A DNA stretch of 64,000 bases from Gammaproteobacteria bacterium (GTDB taxonomy: Bacteria > Pseudomonadota > Gammaproteobacteria > Ga0077536), in the NCBI GenBank assembly GCA_965217605.1, contig CBDCJB010000014.1:12407-76406 (forward strand). Direction: 5' to 3'. The translations under genes were made by a program, and so were the position numbers. This document shows, piece after piece, positions 49,328 to 59,603 of this stretch. Every line of letters begins with the position of its first letter. Within the stretch, counting starts at the first letter, position 1. Below the pieces are notes generated by a model. It was not told the DNA's origin and did not search any database. It was given only the letters and a program-made list of their open reading frames with translations.

Positions 49328-52242
49328 GCCGCCGTGTCGTAAGCCGCATCGAGATCCGGCGTCTGACGCTCGTTATCGGGATCATAGAAGGGCGTGTCGG
49401 TCACGACGCCGGTGACGAGCCGGCCGTTGGTCGTCCTGATCGACAGTTCCTGGCCTGTATCGGCGAGTGCCAGGTCGACGAACGCAAGCCCGATGATCTT
49501 CTCGAGGACGGGGCTGAAGGAAACGCTCGTGACGCGCCCCGCGATGCGATCGGCATCGATGATCAAATGGCTTTCCTGGATCGGATCGTCGCCCGCGTGG
49601 TCTTCGCCCATAGGATTATCGATCGCAAAGCCAATGAGCTTGCGGGCAAGCTTGGGTTTCAGGATCTCGAGGCTGTGCTTACCGTGAAATCGCGGTTTGG
49701 TCAGGCGCACGCCCCAACCGAGACGGACTTCGAAAGGATTGGTCGTGCCGTCGGTATCCTGGCCGATGATGATGTGGCCTTTCTCCAGGCGCAATAGACG
49801 CTGCGCTTCAACGCCGAAGGCCGCGCAGCCCTCAGGCGTGCCGGCCGCCAATAAACGTTCCCACAGGGTTGCGCCGTGACTTGCCGGACAATGGATTTCA
49901 TACCCCAGCTCACCTACGAATCCGACCCGCATCAGGCGCGCGGGGATGTCGGCAACCGCGCCCTCGCGTATTCCGAGATAGGGAAATGCCTCGTCGTGAA
50001 GATCCATGTCGGTGATGCGCTCGAGCACGCGCCGCGAAAACGGACCGGCGATGTTGACCGCGCCGAGCTGAAAGGTGCGATCGATAATCGCGACGTCGAG
50101 CTCGAGTTGATCGGCGAACAATTGCAATTGGCGCAACACAGTTTGCGAATGCGTGCTGGTGGCGGTGACGTAGAAGTGACCATCGCCGATGCGCCCGGCA
50201 ACGCCGTCGTCGACGATGGTCCCGCTCGAATCTACCATGAAGATGTAGCGCGTCATGCCCTTTGCGAGCTTGTCGAACGTGCACGTATAGGCGTGCTCGA
50301 GCAGCGCTTCGGCATCGGCGCCGAAGACTTCGATCTTGCCAAGCGTGGACACGTCGATGATACCGACCCCTTCACGCACGATGCGGTATTCGGCGTCGAC
50401 CTGCGCGAACGGCGAGCCCGCCTTATAGCTTTTGGGCCTGCGCCATGCGCCTGTGTCCATCATGTCGGCGCTGTGTTCGATGTGATACTCGTGCATGGGC
50501 GTATGCCATTCGCGGCGCAGGCGCCGGCCCGCCACGGTACCCATGGGTACGGGGTGATAAAACGGCCGCGGCGTCGTCACGCCGATCGCGTTCACGTCGC
50601 GCTGACGTTGCCGGGCGACAAACCGCACGCCGTTCATGTTCGATGTCTTGCCCTGGCTCGGCCCCATGCCGGTCGTCGAGTAACGCTTCAATAATTCGAT
50701 GGAGTCGAAACCCTCACGGATACCGACGCTGAGATCTTTGAGGTGAATATCCTCATCGAAATCGATGAACTCGTGTCCCTTGCGGTGTTTGTGGATCGGA
50801 TACGGATGCGAGTGCGAGGTGGTGTCGGCCGCGGGCCGAGCGTAAGACGATCGTTGAAGTGTGCCGAGATGCGCCATCGCTTCGCCCGCCGCGGCACGGC
50901 CGTCGGCAATGCGGTCGGCCAACGCGAAGACGCCGTTCAAACGGCCCGCCGCATGCACGCCGTCGGGCGTCGAGATCGGGACGATCTGATCGAGCGCGTC
51001 GTCATACGCAAAGCGTCCGCCCGCTTGATACAAGAGACTGCCGGCAGGCGCCCAACCCACGCTCATCATCAGGCCGTTGCAGGTGATCTCTTGCTCGATG
51101 CCGCCGTCGTTCGAATGGACGATCACGGACGCAAGGCGTCCACGCGCGGCCCGCGCTTCGTTCACATGGGCGTTCGGAATGAGTTGAATACCGCGCGCGA
51201 GTACGGCATGAGCGCCCTCGTGCGCGGGCGCGGTTGCATGCATATCGATGACGGCAGCCACGCGGATGCCGGCATCGGCATAATCGAGCGCTGCGCGGTA
51301 CCCTTCTTCGTTCGCGGTCAGGACAACGCAAGTATCGCAGGGCGCGACCGCGTAGCGATGGATCAGGCGCTGCGCCCCGGTGGCCAGCATGACACCCGGC
51401 CGGTCGTTGTGGCGAAACACCGCGGGTTGTTCCAGCACACCGGTGGCGATAACGATAGCGCGAGCCTGAACCACAACGATGCCGCTCGGTGTGACGACCG
51501 GGACGGTGTACTGGTCGTAACAGGCGCTCGCGGTCGCGTCGGTGAGCAATTCAACGTTGTCGGCCAGTTCGAGCCGCTCCAGCGCCGCGTCTCGAAACGA
51601 CTGTGCTTCGGCGTCGGTTACGTGCATATAGTCGAGCGCACCGCCTGCATACCGGTTCTCATCCACGATCACGACATCGAGATTCGCGTCGGCGAAGTGC
51701 GCGGCGGCGGCGAGCCCCGATGCGCCCGCCCCAACGATCAAGACATCGCAAAAACGGTGTGTATGCGGCTGTCGTCCCCCGCGGTGCGCGGTGTCGACTT
51801 TACCGAGCCCGGCGAGCTCGCGAATCAATCGCTCCCAGTACGGAAACGTCCAACGCGGCCGGTAAAACGCTTTGTAATAGAAGCCGACGGGTAGAAAGCG
51901 CGAGAAGATACTCAAGTATTGCGTCACGTCGCGCTTGAGGCCGAAGACGGTATTGACGGCGCGCAGAGATTCGCCTGCCGCAATGGGCGTGACGTCGCCG
52001 CGTATGTTCGTTGCATCCGGCGATTGCAACAGTACGTTGGCGTCGTGGTCGGCCATGGATAACACGCCGCGCGGGCGGTGATACTTGAAACTGCGCCCCA
52101 GCAACTGCTGGTCGTGGGCCAACAGCGCGCTCGATATGACATCGCCGCCGAATCCGTTGAACGTCACACCCTCGAATTCAAAATCGATGCGGGTATCGCG
52201 ATCGATCCATTCACGCGGTTGCTGTGGCAGGCGCCTACTCAT
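49324..52242 (-). CDS. mgdC: N-methylglutamate dehydrogenase / sarcosine oxidase alpha-like subunit
   Basis: GRSFKYHRPRG, GAGASGL, KRYSTTGMGPSQGK, DVSTLGK and GcvT C-terminal domain. Confidence 0.8.
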   Translation of the reverse strand: MSRRLPQQPREWIDRDTRIDFEFEGVTFNGFGGDVISSALLAHDQQLLGRSFKYHRPRGVLSMADHDANVLLQSPDATNIRGDVTPIAAGESLRAVNTVFGLKRDVTQYLSIFSRFLPVGFYYKAFYRPRWTFPYWERLIRELAGLGKVDTAHRGGRQPHTHRFCDVLIVGAGASGLAAAAHFADANLDVVIVDENRYAGGALDYMHVTDAEAQSFRDAALERLELADNVELLTDATASACYDQYTVPVVTPSGIVVVQARAIVIATGVLEQPAVFRHNDRPGVMLATGAQRLIHRYAVAPCDTCVVLTANEEGYRAALDYADAGIRVAAVIDMHATAPAHEGAHAVLARGIQLIPNAHVNEARAARGRLASVIVHSNDGGIEQEITCNGLMMSVGWAPAGSLLYQAGGRFAYDDALDQIVPISTPDGVHAAGRLNGVFALADRIADGRAAAGEAMAHLGTLQRSSYARPAADTTSHSHPYPIHKHRKGHEFIDFDEDIHLKDLSVGIREGFDSIELLKRYSTTGMGPSQGKTSNMNGVRFVARQRQRDVNAIGVTTPRPFYHPVPMGTVAGRRLRREWHTPMHEYHIEHSADMMDTGAWRRPKSYKAGSPFAQVDAEYRIVREGVGIIDVSTLGKIEVFGADAEALLEHAYTCTFDKLAKGMTRYIFMVDSSGTIVDDGVAGRIGDGHFYVTATSTHSQTVLRQLQLFADQLELDVAIIDRTFQLGAVNIAGPFSRRVLERITDMDLHDEAFPYLGIREGAVADIPARLMRVGFVGELGYEIHCPASHGATLWERLLAAGTPEGCAAFGVEAQRLLRLEKGHIIIGQDTDGTTNPFEVRLGWGVRLTKPRFHGKHSLEILKPKLARKLIGFAIDNPMGEDHAGDDPIQESHLIIDADRIAGRVTSVSFSPVLEKIIGLAFVDLALADTGQELSIRTTNGRLVTGVVTDTPFYDPDNERQTPDLDAAYDTAA

Positions 52243-52489
52243 CTTGCGGCCCTGCGAGCACGACGCGGCTGACCGCGTCGGTGCCCGTATGACGGGTGAC
52301 GTCGAACCACAGTTGCGATGGTAGGTGATACCACTGTTCAACCCGCTCGAGCGGTACGCTCTCGCGATTGAAGGCCCATGCAGCGGGCGTCATATCCGTG
52401 ATTTCCGCCGGTTCCACGTCGAGCACCCCGGCGATCGCAAACTCCGTGTGGGGGCGCTGACCGATGATCGGACAATCGATGAACTTCAC
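52235..52489 (-). CDS. mgdB: N-methylglutamate dehydrogenase / sarcosine oxidase delta-like subunit
   Basis: MK.I.CP..G.R...EF; W.H.PS..WF...RHT.TD (lacks the full SoxD Cys set). Confidence 0.75.
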   Translation of the reverse strand: MKFIDCPIIGQRPHTEFAIAGVLDVEPAEITDMTPAAWAFNRESVPLERVEQWYHLPSQLWFDVTRHTGTDAVSRVVLAGPQDE

Positions 52490-52499
52490 GACCGCGGCC

Positions 52500-53738
52500 T
52501 CAATGTCCGACCGCCGCCGCGCCTTTTTCGCCGACGAGTTGGTAATCGTCGAACCGCGACAGATTGAACGCAGTGATCAACTCGTGATCGCGATCGTCGA
52601 CCACCGTCGCGGCCATGGTCTTGCCGCAGATCGGCGTCGCCTTGAACCCCCAGGTACCCCAACCCGCATCGAGATAAAAGCCATCGACCGGGGTTCGGCC
52701 CATGATCGGTGCGAAATCCGGGGTCATATCGGCCATGCCCGCCCACTGTCGATTGATCTTGATCCCGGCGAGAAACGGAAACAGATCCAGCATCTGGTCG
52801 CAGATATCGCTGACGAATTCGAAGGTCGATCGCTGCGAATGGATCTCGATCGGATCGACCGATGCCCCCATGACCATCTCGCCGCGCGAACTCTGGCTCA
52901 CGTACAGGTGCAGACTGCCCGACACGACGATCGTATCGAGCCACGGTTTGATCGGCTCGGTCACACAGGCTTGCAAGGGAAAGATCTCGATCGGACTGTG
53001 TAGCTCGACCATCGCGAGCACGCTCGGCGTGTAGCCGGCAACGGCGGACACGACCTTGCGCGTCTTAATGCGTCCGTGATTCGTGACGACGGCGTCGACA
53101 CCATTACCGTTGCACTCGATCGCCGTAACCTCCGTGTCCTGGAAAATCGCGACGCCCGCTTCGGACGCGCGCCGCGCATAGCCCCAGGCGACGGCGTCAT
53201 GGCGCGCGACAGCGCCGGGGGCGTGATAGAGGGCGCCCAGGATCTCATGGTTACCCCCGCAAGACAGATCGAGTTCTGGACAGGCCCGCGCGATCTCGTC
53301 CGGGCCGACGACCTCACTTGAAACGCCGTAATGCTTATTGACCTCGGCGCGCCAGCGCGCGGTGCGTAAGGTCGCGTCGCTATGAGCCAAGGTGTAATGA
53401 CCCCGCTCGGAATAGAAGATGTTGAAATCGAGTTCCTCGGAAAGCGACTCGAACAGCGTCAAGCTGGCGTCATAGAATTTGACGCCTTCTTCAGTCAGGT
53501 AATTCGACCTCACGATCGTCGTGTTACGGCCGGTATTGCCACCGCCGATGTAGCTTCGATCGAGCACAGCGACGTTCGTGATACCGTGATCTTTCGCGAG
53601 GTAATACGCGCAAGCGAGGCCATGACCGCCGGCGCCGATGATCACGACGTCGTAGCTGTCGTTTAACGAATCGGGCGTATTGAAATAGCGCTCTTCAGCG
53701 TAATCCTCGATGAACCCGTATTTCAACAAGCGCAGCAT
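52500..53738 (-). CDS. mgdA: N-methylglutamate dehydrogenase / sarcosine oxidase beta-like subunit
   Basis: GAGGHGL, GGGNTGRNTTIVRSNY, GWGTWGFKA.P, GEKGAAAVGH. Confidence 0.8.
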   Translation of the reverse strand: MLRLLKYGFIEDYAEERYFNTPDSLNDSYDVVIIGAGGHGLACAYYLAKDHGITNVAVLDRSYIGGGNTGRNTTIVRSNYLTEEGVKFYDASLTLFESLSEELDFNIFYSERGHYTLAHSDATLRTARWRAEVNKHYGVSSEVVGPDEIARACPELDLSCGGNHEILGALYHAPGAVARHDAVAWGYARRASEAGVAIFQDTEVTAIECNGNGVDAVVTNHGRIKTRKVVSAVAGYTPSVLAMVELHSPIEIFPLQACVTEPIKPWLDTIVVSGSLHLYVSQSSRGEMVMGASVDPIEIHSQRSTFEFVSDICDQMLDLFPFLAGIKINRQWAGMADMTPDFAPIMGRTPVDGFYLDAGWGTWGFKATPICGKTMAATVVDDRDHELITAFNLSRFDDYQLVGEKGAAAVGH

Positions 53739-53747
53739 CGTATTTTT

Positions 53748-54461
53748 TTAGCTCGTGTTGTGCGCGTTGGCGGGTAGCATGACGAGGCGCTCCCGGCTGT
53801 AAGGACCACAGTACGTATGCAATAACCCTTTTAGTTCTTCAAGCGCGGCGTGCACGACGTCTTTAGATAGGTCCGCATGGCCTTGCAGGATGAACAAGAC
53901 GTCGCGTGTGGATGATTCGATCTTCGTGTTATCGGACTGCCTGCATTCCAAGTGGCATACGATTTCGCGCTCACCGTCCATATATGCGTATTCACCGGCT
54001 GGCACCGGTTGCAGTTTCGACCGGCCCAAGGGCCGGAAGGGTTCGTCGCCCCGCGTCCTCGCCAACTCGATCGAACGCGACACCTTATCGAGGTCGTGCG
54101 CACCCGTTGAGATACGGAATTTCAGCGAAATATAGTTGTATATATCAACGATTAGATTGATGGGGCGCAAGGCCTTGTGTTCGAACAACACGTTGAAGAT
54201 GCTTTCCGGTGAAGGCGTCATGGACGGATCCGTTACATCGAACCGGTCGTGCAGGTTTCGATAGCCTGCGATCTTGGGATCCGCACATAGGGCCGCCCGC
54301 GATCCGTCGCGCACGATGGCGTCTTGTAACGCCTTGTAGATCTCAGTGAACGCATCGTCATCAGCGCGATTCTCGAGCCCGGCAACGACGAGATAGGCCA
54401 CGTGGATCCCGGCCTCGGCGATGCCGGTCTCCAATCCCAGTTCCAGCGCATCGACATCCAT
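53748..54461 (-). CDS. B3/B4 (PheRS beta B3/4-like) domain protein
   Basis: YR.L..RF.....S..PSPE, IN.IVDIYN.IS......GAHDLDK, GDE.F.PLG, GEYAY.D motifs. Confidence 0.85.
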   Translation of the reverse strand: MDVDALELGLETGIAEAGIHVAYLVVAGLENRADDDAFTEIYKALQDAIVRDGSRAALCADPKIAGYRNLHDRFDVTDPSMTPSPESIFNVLFEHKALRPINLIVDIYNYISLKFRISTGAHDLDKVSRSIELARTRGDEPFRPLGRSKLQPVPAGEYAYMDGEREIVCHLECRQSDNTKIESSTRDVLFILQGHADLSKDVVHAALEELKGLLHTYCGPYSRERLVMLPANAHNTS

Positions 54462-54488
54462 CGGTCACCGCTGCGTCCGGGCCCGGGA

Positions 54489-54881
54489 TCAATCGAACTT
54501 CTCGTAAGCCCGGCGCAGATCGACCAGCGGATGATCGGGCGACATCTGAAACTTCACCAGCAATTCGCGTGCGATCATGTCGCGGTCCTGCTGGTTATCC
54601 GGTAAATCGATGTCTTCCGGCACCGTCACCCAGCCGTTGATATTGCGATCGAACACGGCCGCACGCCCTTCTTCGTAACCCATGTGGACGTCTTCGAGCC
54701 AATTGAGGTCCTTCCATCCCATCATGTCCAAGTATTTTTTGAGATAAGGGGTCAACCGCTCGTAATCGGGTAACAGGTTGACGTCGTAGCGGTACCCGAT
54801 CGTCTGCCCGATCATCTTCTCGCGGTCGGAATCGACGCCGTCGGACTTGAGGTAGTGATCGATGTCTTTGTTGTCGGTCAT
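54489..54881 (-). CDS. Conserved hypothetical protein
   Basis: 130 aa, co-oriented within the operon, ggag RBS. Confidence 0.75.
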   Translation of the reverse strand: MTDNKDIDHYLKSDGVDSDREKMIGQTIGYRYDVNLLPDYERLTPYLKKYLDMMGWKDLNWLEDVHMGYEEGRAAVFDRNINGWVTVPEDIDLPDNQQDRDMIARELLVKFQMSPDHPLVDLRRAYEKFD

Positions 54882-54894
54882 GATTACGCTCTCC

Positions 54895-56235
54895 CTAGAA
54901 TCGCGTCATATCCGGCCGGCCGACCGTGTGCTGCGATCCCGCTAGCGGCACCTGGGCCATCGCCGAAGCCTCCATCGTCAGCGCGGCTAGATCTTCCGGC
55001 TCCAGCGAATGCACGTTGGTCTTACCGCAGGCACGCGCCATCATCTGGCACTCGATCGTAAGGCAGTGCAAAAAGTTATACACGCGCTCGGCCGCGGCAT
55101 CGGGATCGAGCCGCTTGCGCAACTCGGGATCCTGGGTTGCGACGCCGACCGGGCAGCGTCCGGTGTGACAGTGATAGCAATAACCGGCTTTGACACCCAT
55201 TTCTTTTTCGTAGTCGGCTTCAGGGATGTCCTTGTTGCAATTCAGGGCCATCAAGGAGGAATGACCGATCGCGACCGCTTCGGCGCCGAGCGCCAGCGCT
55301 TTGGCGACATCGCCGCCGTTGCGGATCCCCCCGGCGTAGATCAGCGTGATCTCGCCGCTCTTACCGACGTCGTCGAGTGCGCGCCGCGCCTGGCGGATCG
55401 CTGCGATGCCCGGGACACCGGTCTCCTCGGCCGCCAAGTGGGGGCCTGCGCCGGTTCCACCTTCCATACCATCGAGATAAATTGCATCCGGATCGGTCTT
55501 CGCGGCCATGCGCACGTCGTCGTAGACGCGCGCGGCGCCGAGTTTCAGTTGAATGGGGATCTCCCAATTGGTTGCTTCGCGGATCTCCTGGATCTTCAAG
55601 GCGAGGTCGTCGGGGCCCAGCCAATCGGGATGCCGTGCCGGCGAGCGTTGATCGATCCCGGTCGGGAGCGAGCGCATCTCGGCGACCTGATCGGTGACTT
55701 TCTGGCCCATCAGGTGCCCGCCCAGTCCGACTTTGCAACCCTGGCCGATAAAGAATTCGCACGCGTCGGCTAAACGTAGGTGCTGCGGATTGAATCCGTA
55801 GCGGGACTGAATGCATTGATAGAACCACTTTTCCGAATAGCGCCGTTCGTCCGGAATCATGCCGCCCTCACCCGAACACGTCGCCGTGCCCGCCATGGTC
55901 GCGCCGCGCGCTAACGCGGTCTTCGCCTCGTAGGACAAGGCACCGAAACTCATGCCGGTGATGTAGACCGGTATATCGAGGACCAAGGGCCGTTTCGCGC
56001 GCGGTCCGATGATCGTTTTCGTTTCGCATTTCTCGCGATAACCCTCGATCACGAAACGCGTCAAGGTTCCCGGTAGAAACGTCAAGTCGTCCCAGTTAGG
56101 GATCTTCTTGAACATCGAAAACCCGCGCATGCGGTAACGCCCGAGTTCCGACTTGACATGAATGTCGTTAATGACTTCAGGCGTGAAGATCGGGCTCTGG
56201 CCCAGGATGTATTTTTCGTCGTCTGCGGTGGACAT
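54895..56235 (-). CDS. mgsC: FMN-binding glutamate synthase family protein (N-methylglutamate synthase C-like)
   Basis: GMSFGALS.EAK, SGEGGM, GQG.K.G.GGHL, GG.RNG.DVAKA.ALGA, CYHCHTGRCPVGVATQDP. Confidence 0.8.
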   Translation of the reverse strand: MSTADDEKYILGQSPIFTPEVINDIHVKSELGRYRMRGFSMFKKIPNWDDLTFLPGTLTRFVIEGYREKCETKTIIGPRAKRPLVLDIPVYITGMSFGALSYEAKTALARGATMAGTATCSGEGGMIPDERRYSEKWFYQCIQSRYGFNPQHLRLADACEFFIGQGCKVGLGGHLMGQKVTDQVAEMRSLPTGIDQRSPARHPDWLGPDDLALKIQEIREATNWEIPIQLKLGAARVYDDVRMAAKTDPDAIYLDGMEGGTGAGPHLAAEETGVPGIAAIRQARRALDDVGKSGEITLIYAGGIRNGGDVAKALALGAEAVAIGHSSLMALNCNKDIPEADYEKEMGVKAGYCYHCHTGRCPVGVATQDPELRKRLDPDAAAERVYNFLHCLTIECQMMARACGKTNVHSLEPEDLAALTMEASAMAQVPLAGSQHTVGRPDMTRF

Positions 56236-56279
56236 CGATAAAACCTCTATAACGTCGTTATTCGCCTGCGAGCGGGCTC

Positions 56280-57122
56280 CTACAGAACCAGTTTTTTCTC
56301 CGTCGGTTCGAGATTGTCGTAATTCCAAAGCTGCTTGCCGGACACGATCTTCTTCATGTTTTTCGCGCCGTTCGGCGTGCTGAGACCGTAAAGCGCGAGC
56401 TTGCGCTCGAGCCACTCGATATCGAGATCGCTCATCTCTTCTTCAACCGCATCCACCCCGAGGCTCTTGATGTCGCCGCCTACGTAGATCGTGCCGTCGT
56501 ACATGGAATCGCCCAGGTTTTGTCCCGCGCTGCCGAGTATCACCATGCGCCCGCGCTGCATCATGAAGCCGCTGAACGCACCCGTGTCGCCACCCACGAT
56601 GATGGTGCCGCCTTTCTGGTCTATGCCCGTACGCGCACCGACGCTGCCGACGCAGACGAGATCACCACCGCGGATGGCCGCGCCAAAGGTCGATCCCGCG
56701 TTTTTGTCGATCGACACCGTACCCGCCATCATGTTCTCGGCGCATGACCAACCGACCCGCCCGGTAATGTGTACATTGGGGCCGTCGAGAAGCCCGAGTC
56801 CGAAATAACCGAGGCTACCCTCGATATGCAGGTTTAATCGATTGAGGATACCGACGGCGATGCTGTGCTTGGCCCCCGGGTTCAGGATCCGGATCGTGCC
56901 GTGCCCGGCTTTCATCAACTCGCGGAGCTTGCGATTGATCGCCAAGGTGTCCATGTCTTGCGCGTCGAATTCGGCGCTTTCGTCGAAATCGACTTCATAG
57001 GTGAACGGCTGAATGAAATTCTCGCCGGCCTCCGCCGAAAAGAATCGCTGTTGGGTGCGCCCTTTGAGCTGCTCGGAATGCATCCCCATGTCATGGGACA
57101 CGTGCTCCTTTACGTTTGCCAT
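56280..57122 (-). CDS. mgsB: GXGXG-motif protein (glutamate synthase domain 3; MgsB-like)
   Basis: Repeated Gly-rich motifs, AENMMAG, G..AG..LGDS.Y.G. Confidence 0.8.
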   Translation of the reverse strand: MANVKEHVSHDMGMHSEQLKGRTQQRFFSAEAGENFIQPFTYEVDFDESAEFDAQDMDTLAINRKLRELMKAGHGTIRILNPGAKHSIAVGILNRLNLHIEGSLGYFGLGLLDGPNVHITGRVGWSCAENMMAGTVSIDKNAGSTFGAAIRGGDLVCVGSVGARTGIDQKGGTIIVGGDTGAFSGFMMQRGRMVILGSAGQNLGDSMYDGTIYVGGDIKSLGVDAVEEEMSDLDIEWLERKLALYGLSTPNGAKNMKKIVSGKQLWNYDNLEPTEKKLVL

Positions 57123-58048
57123 ACGCGGACCTCGCCTTCATAAGGATCGTAGGTATCGATTTCGTGCGGAAAGATGCTTCGGATCGCGACTTCTTCCGAC
57201 GCGAGCCCGACAAAATCATCGCTTTCATAAAGCACCATGGGTTTGGCCGCCATGGTGTCCTTCGCCATGCCCAATTGATCGCTGGTCGCGATCAGATAGG
57301 TGAAGACCCCGTCCAATTCATCGATCGAACGCCGCATTGCCGATTCCAGGTCTTCGCCATTTTGAATCGCATCGGCGATATACACGGCGATCAGCTCGGA
57401 ATCACAATCCGACATGAAACGATGACCACGGCGTTCGAGTTCGCGGCGCCGGGTCCAATAATTGGTCAACTGGCCGTTGTGGACCACGGAGACGTCGGAG
57501 AACGGATAGGCCCAATACGGATGGGCCGAGCGAATGTCGACGTCGGATTCGGTCGCCATGCGCGTGTGGCCGATCGCGTGCGTACCATTGAACTCGCCGA
57601 GAGAATACTGATTCGAGACGACGGTGGCATCGCCCAAATCCTTGATTAGCTCGAGTGCGTGTCCGATCGACAGGATCTCGACGGCTTCGATGTCCTCGAC
57701 ATAGGACGCTAGCTGTCGCAAGTCACCATCGAAGGTGATCTCGTATCGAAAGGCGTAGTCGTCGACGGATTTCTCCTTGTCGATCGTCGCGCCGAGTTCT
57801 TCCAAGCGCTCGTCCACGGCCGCTTTGCGCTCTTCCATTTGCCGCGCGATGGCAAAGCCGCTGCGCGCTTCCGCGCCTTCGGCGACCTTGAAGCGCACGA
57901 CGAACTTTTTCTTTTTACGGGGTTCGCTGTATAGCGCGAAGCCCGTTGAATCCGGTCCGCGGTGCTTCATGGCCTGCAACATCGCGGTCATTTGTTTCCC
58001 GATGTTGTCAGTGGACCCGCGGTGAATCACACCTGCGATTCCGCACAT
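57110..58048 (-). CDS. mgsA: Class II glutamine amidotransferase (MgsA-like)
   Basis: N-terminal MCGIAG, HRGPDSTG, GHTRMATES, VHNG. Confidence 0.8.
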   Translation of the reverse strand: MCGIAGVIHRGSTDNIGKQMTAMLQAMKHRGPDSTGFALYSEPRKKKKFVVRFKVAEGAEARSGFAIARQMEERKAAVDERLEELGATIDKEKSVDDYAFRYEITFDGDLRQLASYVEDIEAVEILSIGHALELIKDLGDATVVSNQYSLGEFNGTHAIGHTRMATESDVDIRSAHPYWAYPFSDVSVVHNGQLTNYWTRRRELERRGHRFMSDCDSELIAVYIADAIQNGEDLESAMRRSIDELDGVFTYLIATSDQLGMAKDTMAAKPMVLYESDDFVGLASEEVAIRSIFPHEIDTYDPYEGEVRVWQT

Positions 58049-58106
58049 ATCATTCGTCCTCTATCAATAAATCTCCGGCTCGTTGCGCTCGAGCCCGGAC
58101 GTGTCC

Positions 58107-59582
58107 TTATGGCAAACAATCGATATAGGTTTCGAGATCCCAATCCGTCACCGTAGCCATGAATTTTTCCCATTCGTCGTTCTTGTACCAATGGAAAACT
58201 TTATACATTTCACCCGGCATGGAGGATTTAATGACCTCGTCGTTTGCGAGCCGCTCCAGGGCATCGCCGAGCGACATCGGTAACCGTTTGACTTCCTTAC
58301 CCGCCTCCATGGCTTGGTAGATGTTCCGGTTTTCCGGTTCACCCGGATCGATATCGTTGTCGATACCGTCTTCAAATGCCTTGAGCAACGCGCTGCCCAT
58401 AAGGTACGGATTCACCATCGAGTCGACCGCCCGGTATTCGAAGCGGCCCGGCGCGGAGATGCGCAAGCCAGTGGTACGGTTCTGGAAACCCCAATCGGCG
58501 AACACGGGCGCCCAATAACCGGTATCCCACAACCGGCGATAGGAATTCACGGTCGAACAGCCGATCGCCGTCAACGCGCCTAAATGGGTCACGATCCCGC
58601 CGACACATTGCAAACCGATCTTGCCGGGCAACTGCGGATCGTCGGTATCCGGCATGAAGGTATTCTCACCCCCGTGCATATAGGTAAAACAGTCATCCAT
58701 GCCCGCGACGGGATCGTTATGTAGCGTGTTGATACGATCTTCACCACCGCGCCACAACGAAATATTGACATGACAGCCCGACGCCGACACGCCCATGAAG
58801 GGCTTGGTCATGAAGCACGCGATGAGGTTGTTCTCACGCGCGACCTGGCCGCAGATCTGGCGGTAGGTTGCCAGGCGATCGGCGTTGCGCACGACATCGT
58901 CGAACATCCAATTGAGTTCGAGTTGCCCGGGCGCGTCTTCGTGATCGCCCTGGATCATGTCCAGACCCATCGCGTTGCAGTATTCGATCACCTGCATGAA
59001 TACCGGGCGCAGCGATTCGAACTGATCGATGTGATAGCAGTTCGGCTTGGAGAAGCCGCCGTCCGGCATACCGTCCTCACCGCGCTTGAGCCACATCATC
59101 TCGGGCTCGGTCCCGACGCGGAAATTGAGATCGTATTTATCTTTGAACTCGGCGTAATGCCGTTTCAGATTGCCCCGGCAATCAGAGGTCAGATGCGCGC
59201 CGGCGTTTTCACGCTCCTCGCGGTTGCGAAAGCACACACAGAACACACGTGCAACGCGTTTGTCCCAGGGCAGTTGGCAAAAGGTTTCCGGATCGGGGAT
59301 GCCGACGAGTTCCATCGCTTCCGGTCCGTAACCGATGTACTCACCGTGCCGATCGACGTAGAGGTTCGCCGTCGATCCATAGACGAGCTGAAAGCCCCGC
59401 TCCGAAACCCGCTCCCAATGATCCGCAGGGATGCCTTTGCCTACGATGCGGCCCGTCACAGAGATGAACTGAAAATAGATGTACTTGATGTCAAGTTCGT
59501 TGATCTTCGAACGCACCTGGCTGACCAGCTCATCGCGGCCGGGGCTTTTAACGTAACGTTCCAGATCGGTTTCGGTCGCCAT
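58107..59582 (-). CDS. Glutamine synthetase-family ligase (second, divergent paralog)
   Basis: GTEPE, DHEDAPGQLE, MTKPF.GVSASGCH, WG.QNRT..LR, EYR..D...NPYL. Confidence 0.9.
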   Translation of the reverse strand: MATETDLERYVKSPGRDELVSQVRSKINELDIKYIYFQFISVTGRIVGKGIPADHWERVSERGFQLVYGSTANLYVDRHGEYIGYGPEAMELVGIPDPETFCQLPWDKRVARVFCVCFRNREERENAGAHLTSDCRGNLKRHYAEFKDKYDLNFRVGTEPEMMWLKRGEDGMPDGGFSKPNCYHIDQFESLRPVFMQVIEYCNAMGLDMIQGDHEDAPGQLELNWMFDDVVRNADRLATYRQICGQVARENNLIACFMTKPFMGVSASGCHVNISLWRGGEDRINTLHNDPVAGMDDCFTYMHGGENTFMPDTDDPQLPGKIGLQCVGGIVTHLGALTAIGCSTVNSYRRLWDTGYWAPVFADWGFQNRTTGLRISAPGRFEYRAVDSMVNPYLMGSALLKAFEDGIDNDIDPGEPENRNIYQAMEAGKEVKRLPMSLGDALERLANDEVIKSSMPGEMYKVFHWYKNDEWEKFMATVTDWDLETYIDCLP

Positions 59583-59603
59583 CGAAATCTTCCTCTTGTT
59601 GTA

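Noticed and set aside
48662-53738. True sarcosine oxidase soxBDAG
   Set aside because: The delta subunit lacks the full Cys set and the context (glnT-type ligase, MgsABC-like) favours N-methylglutamate dehydrogenase; not fully excluded.
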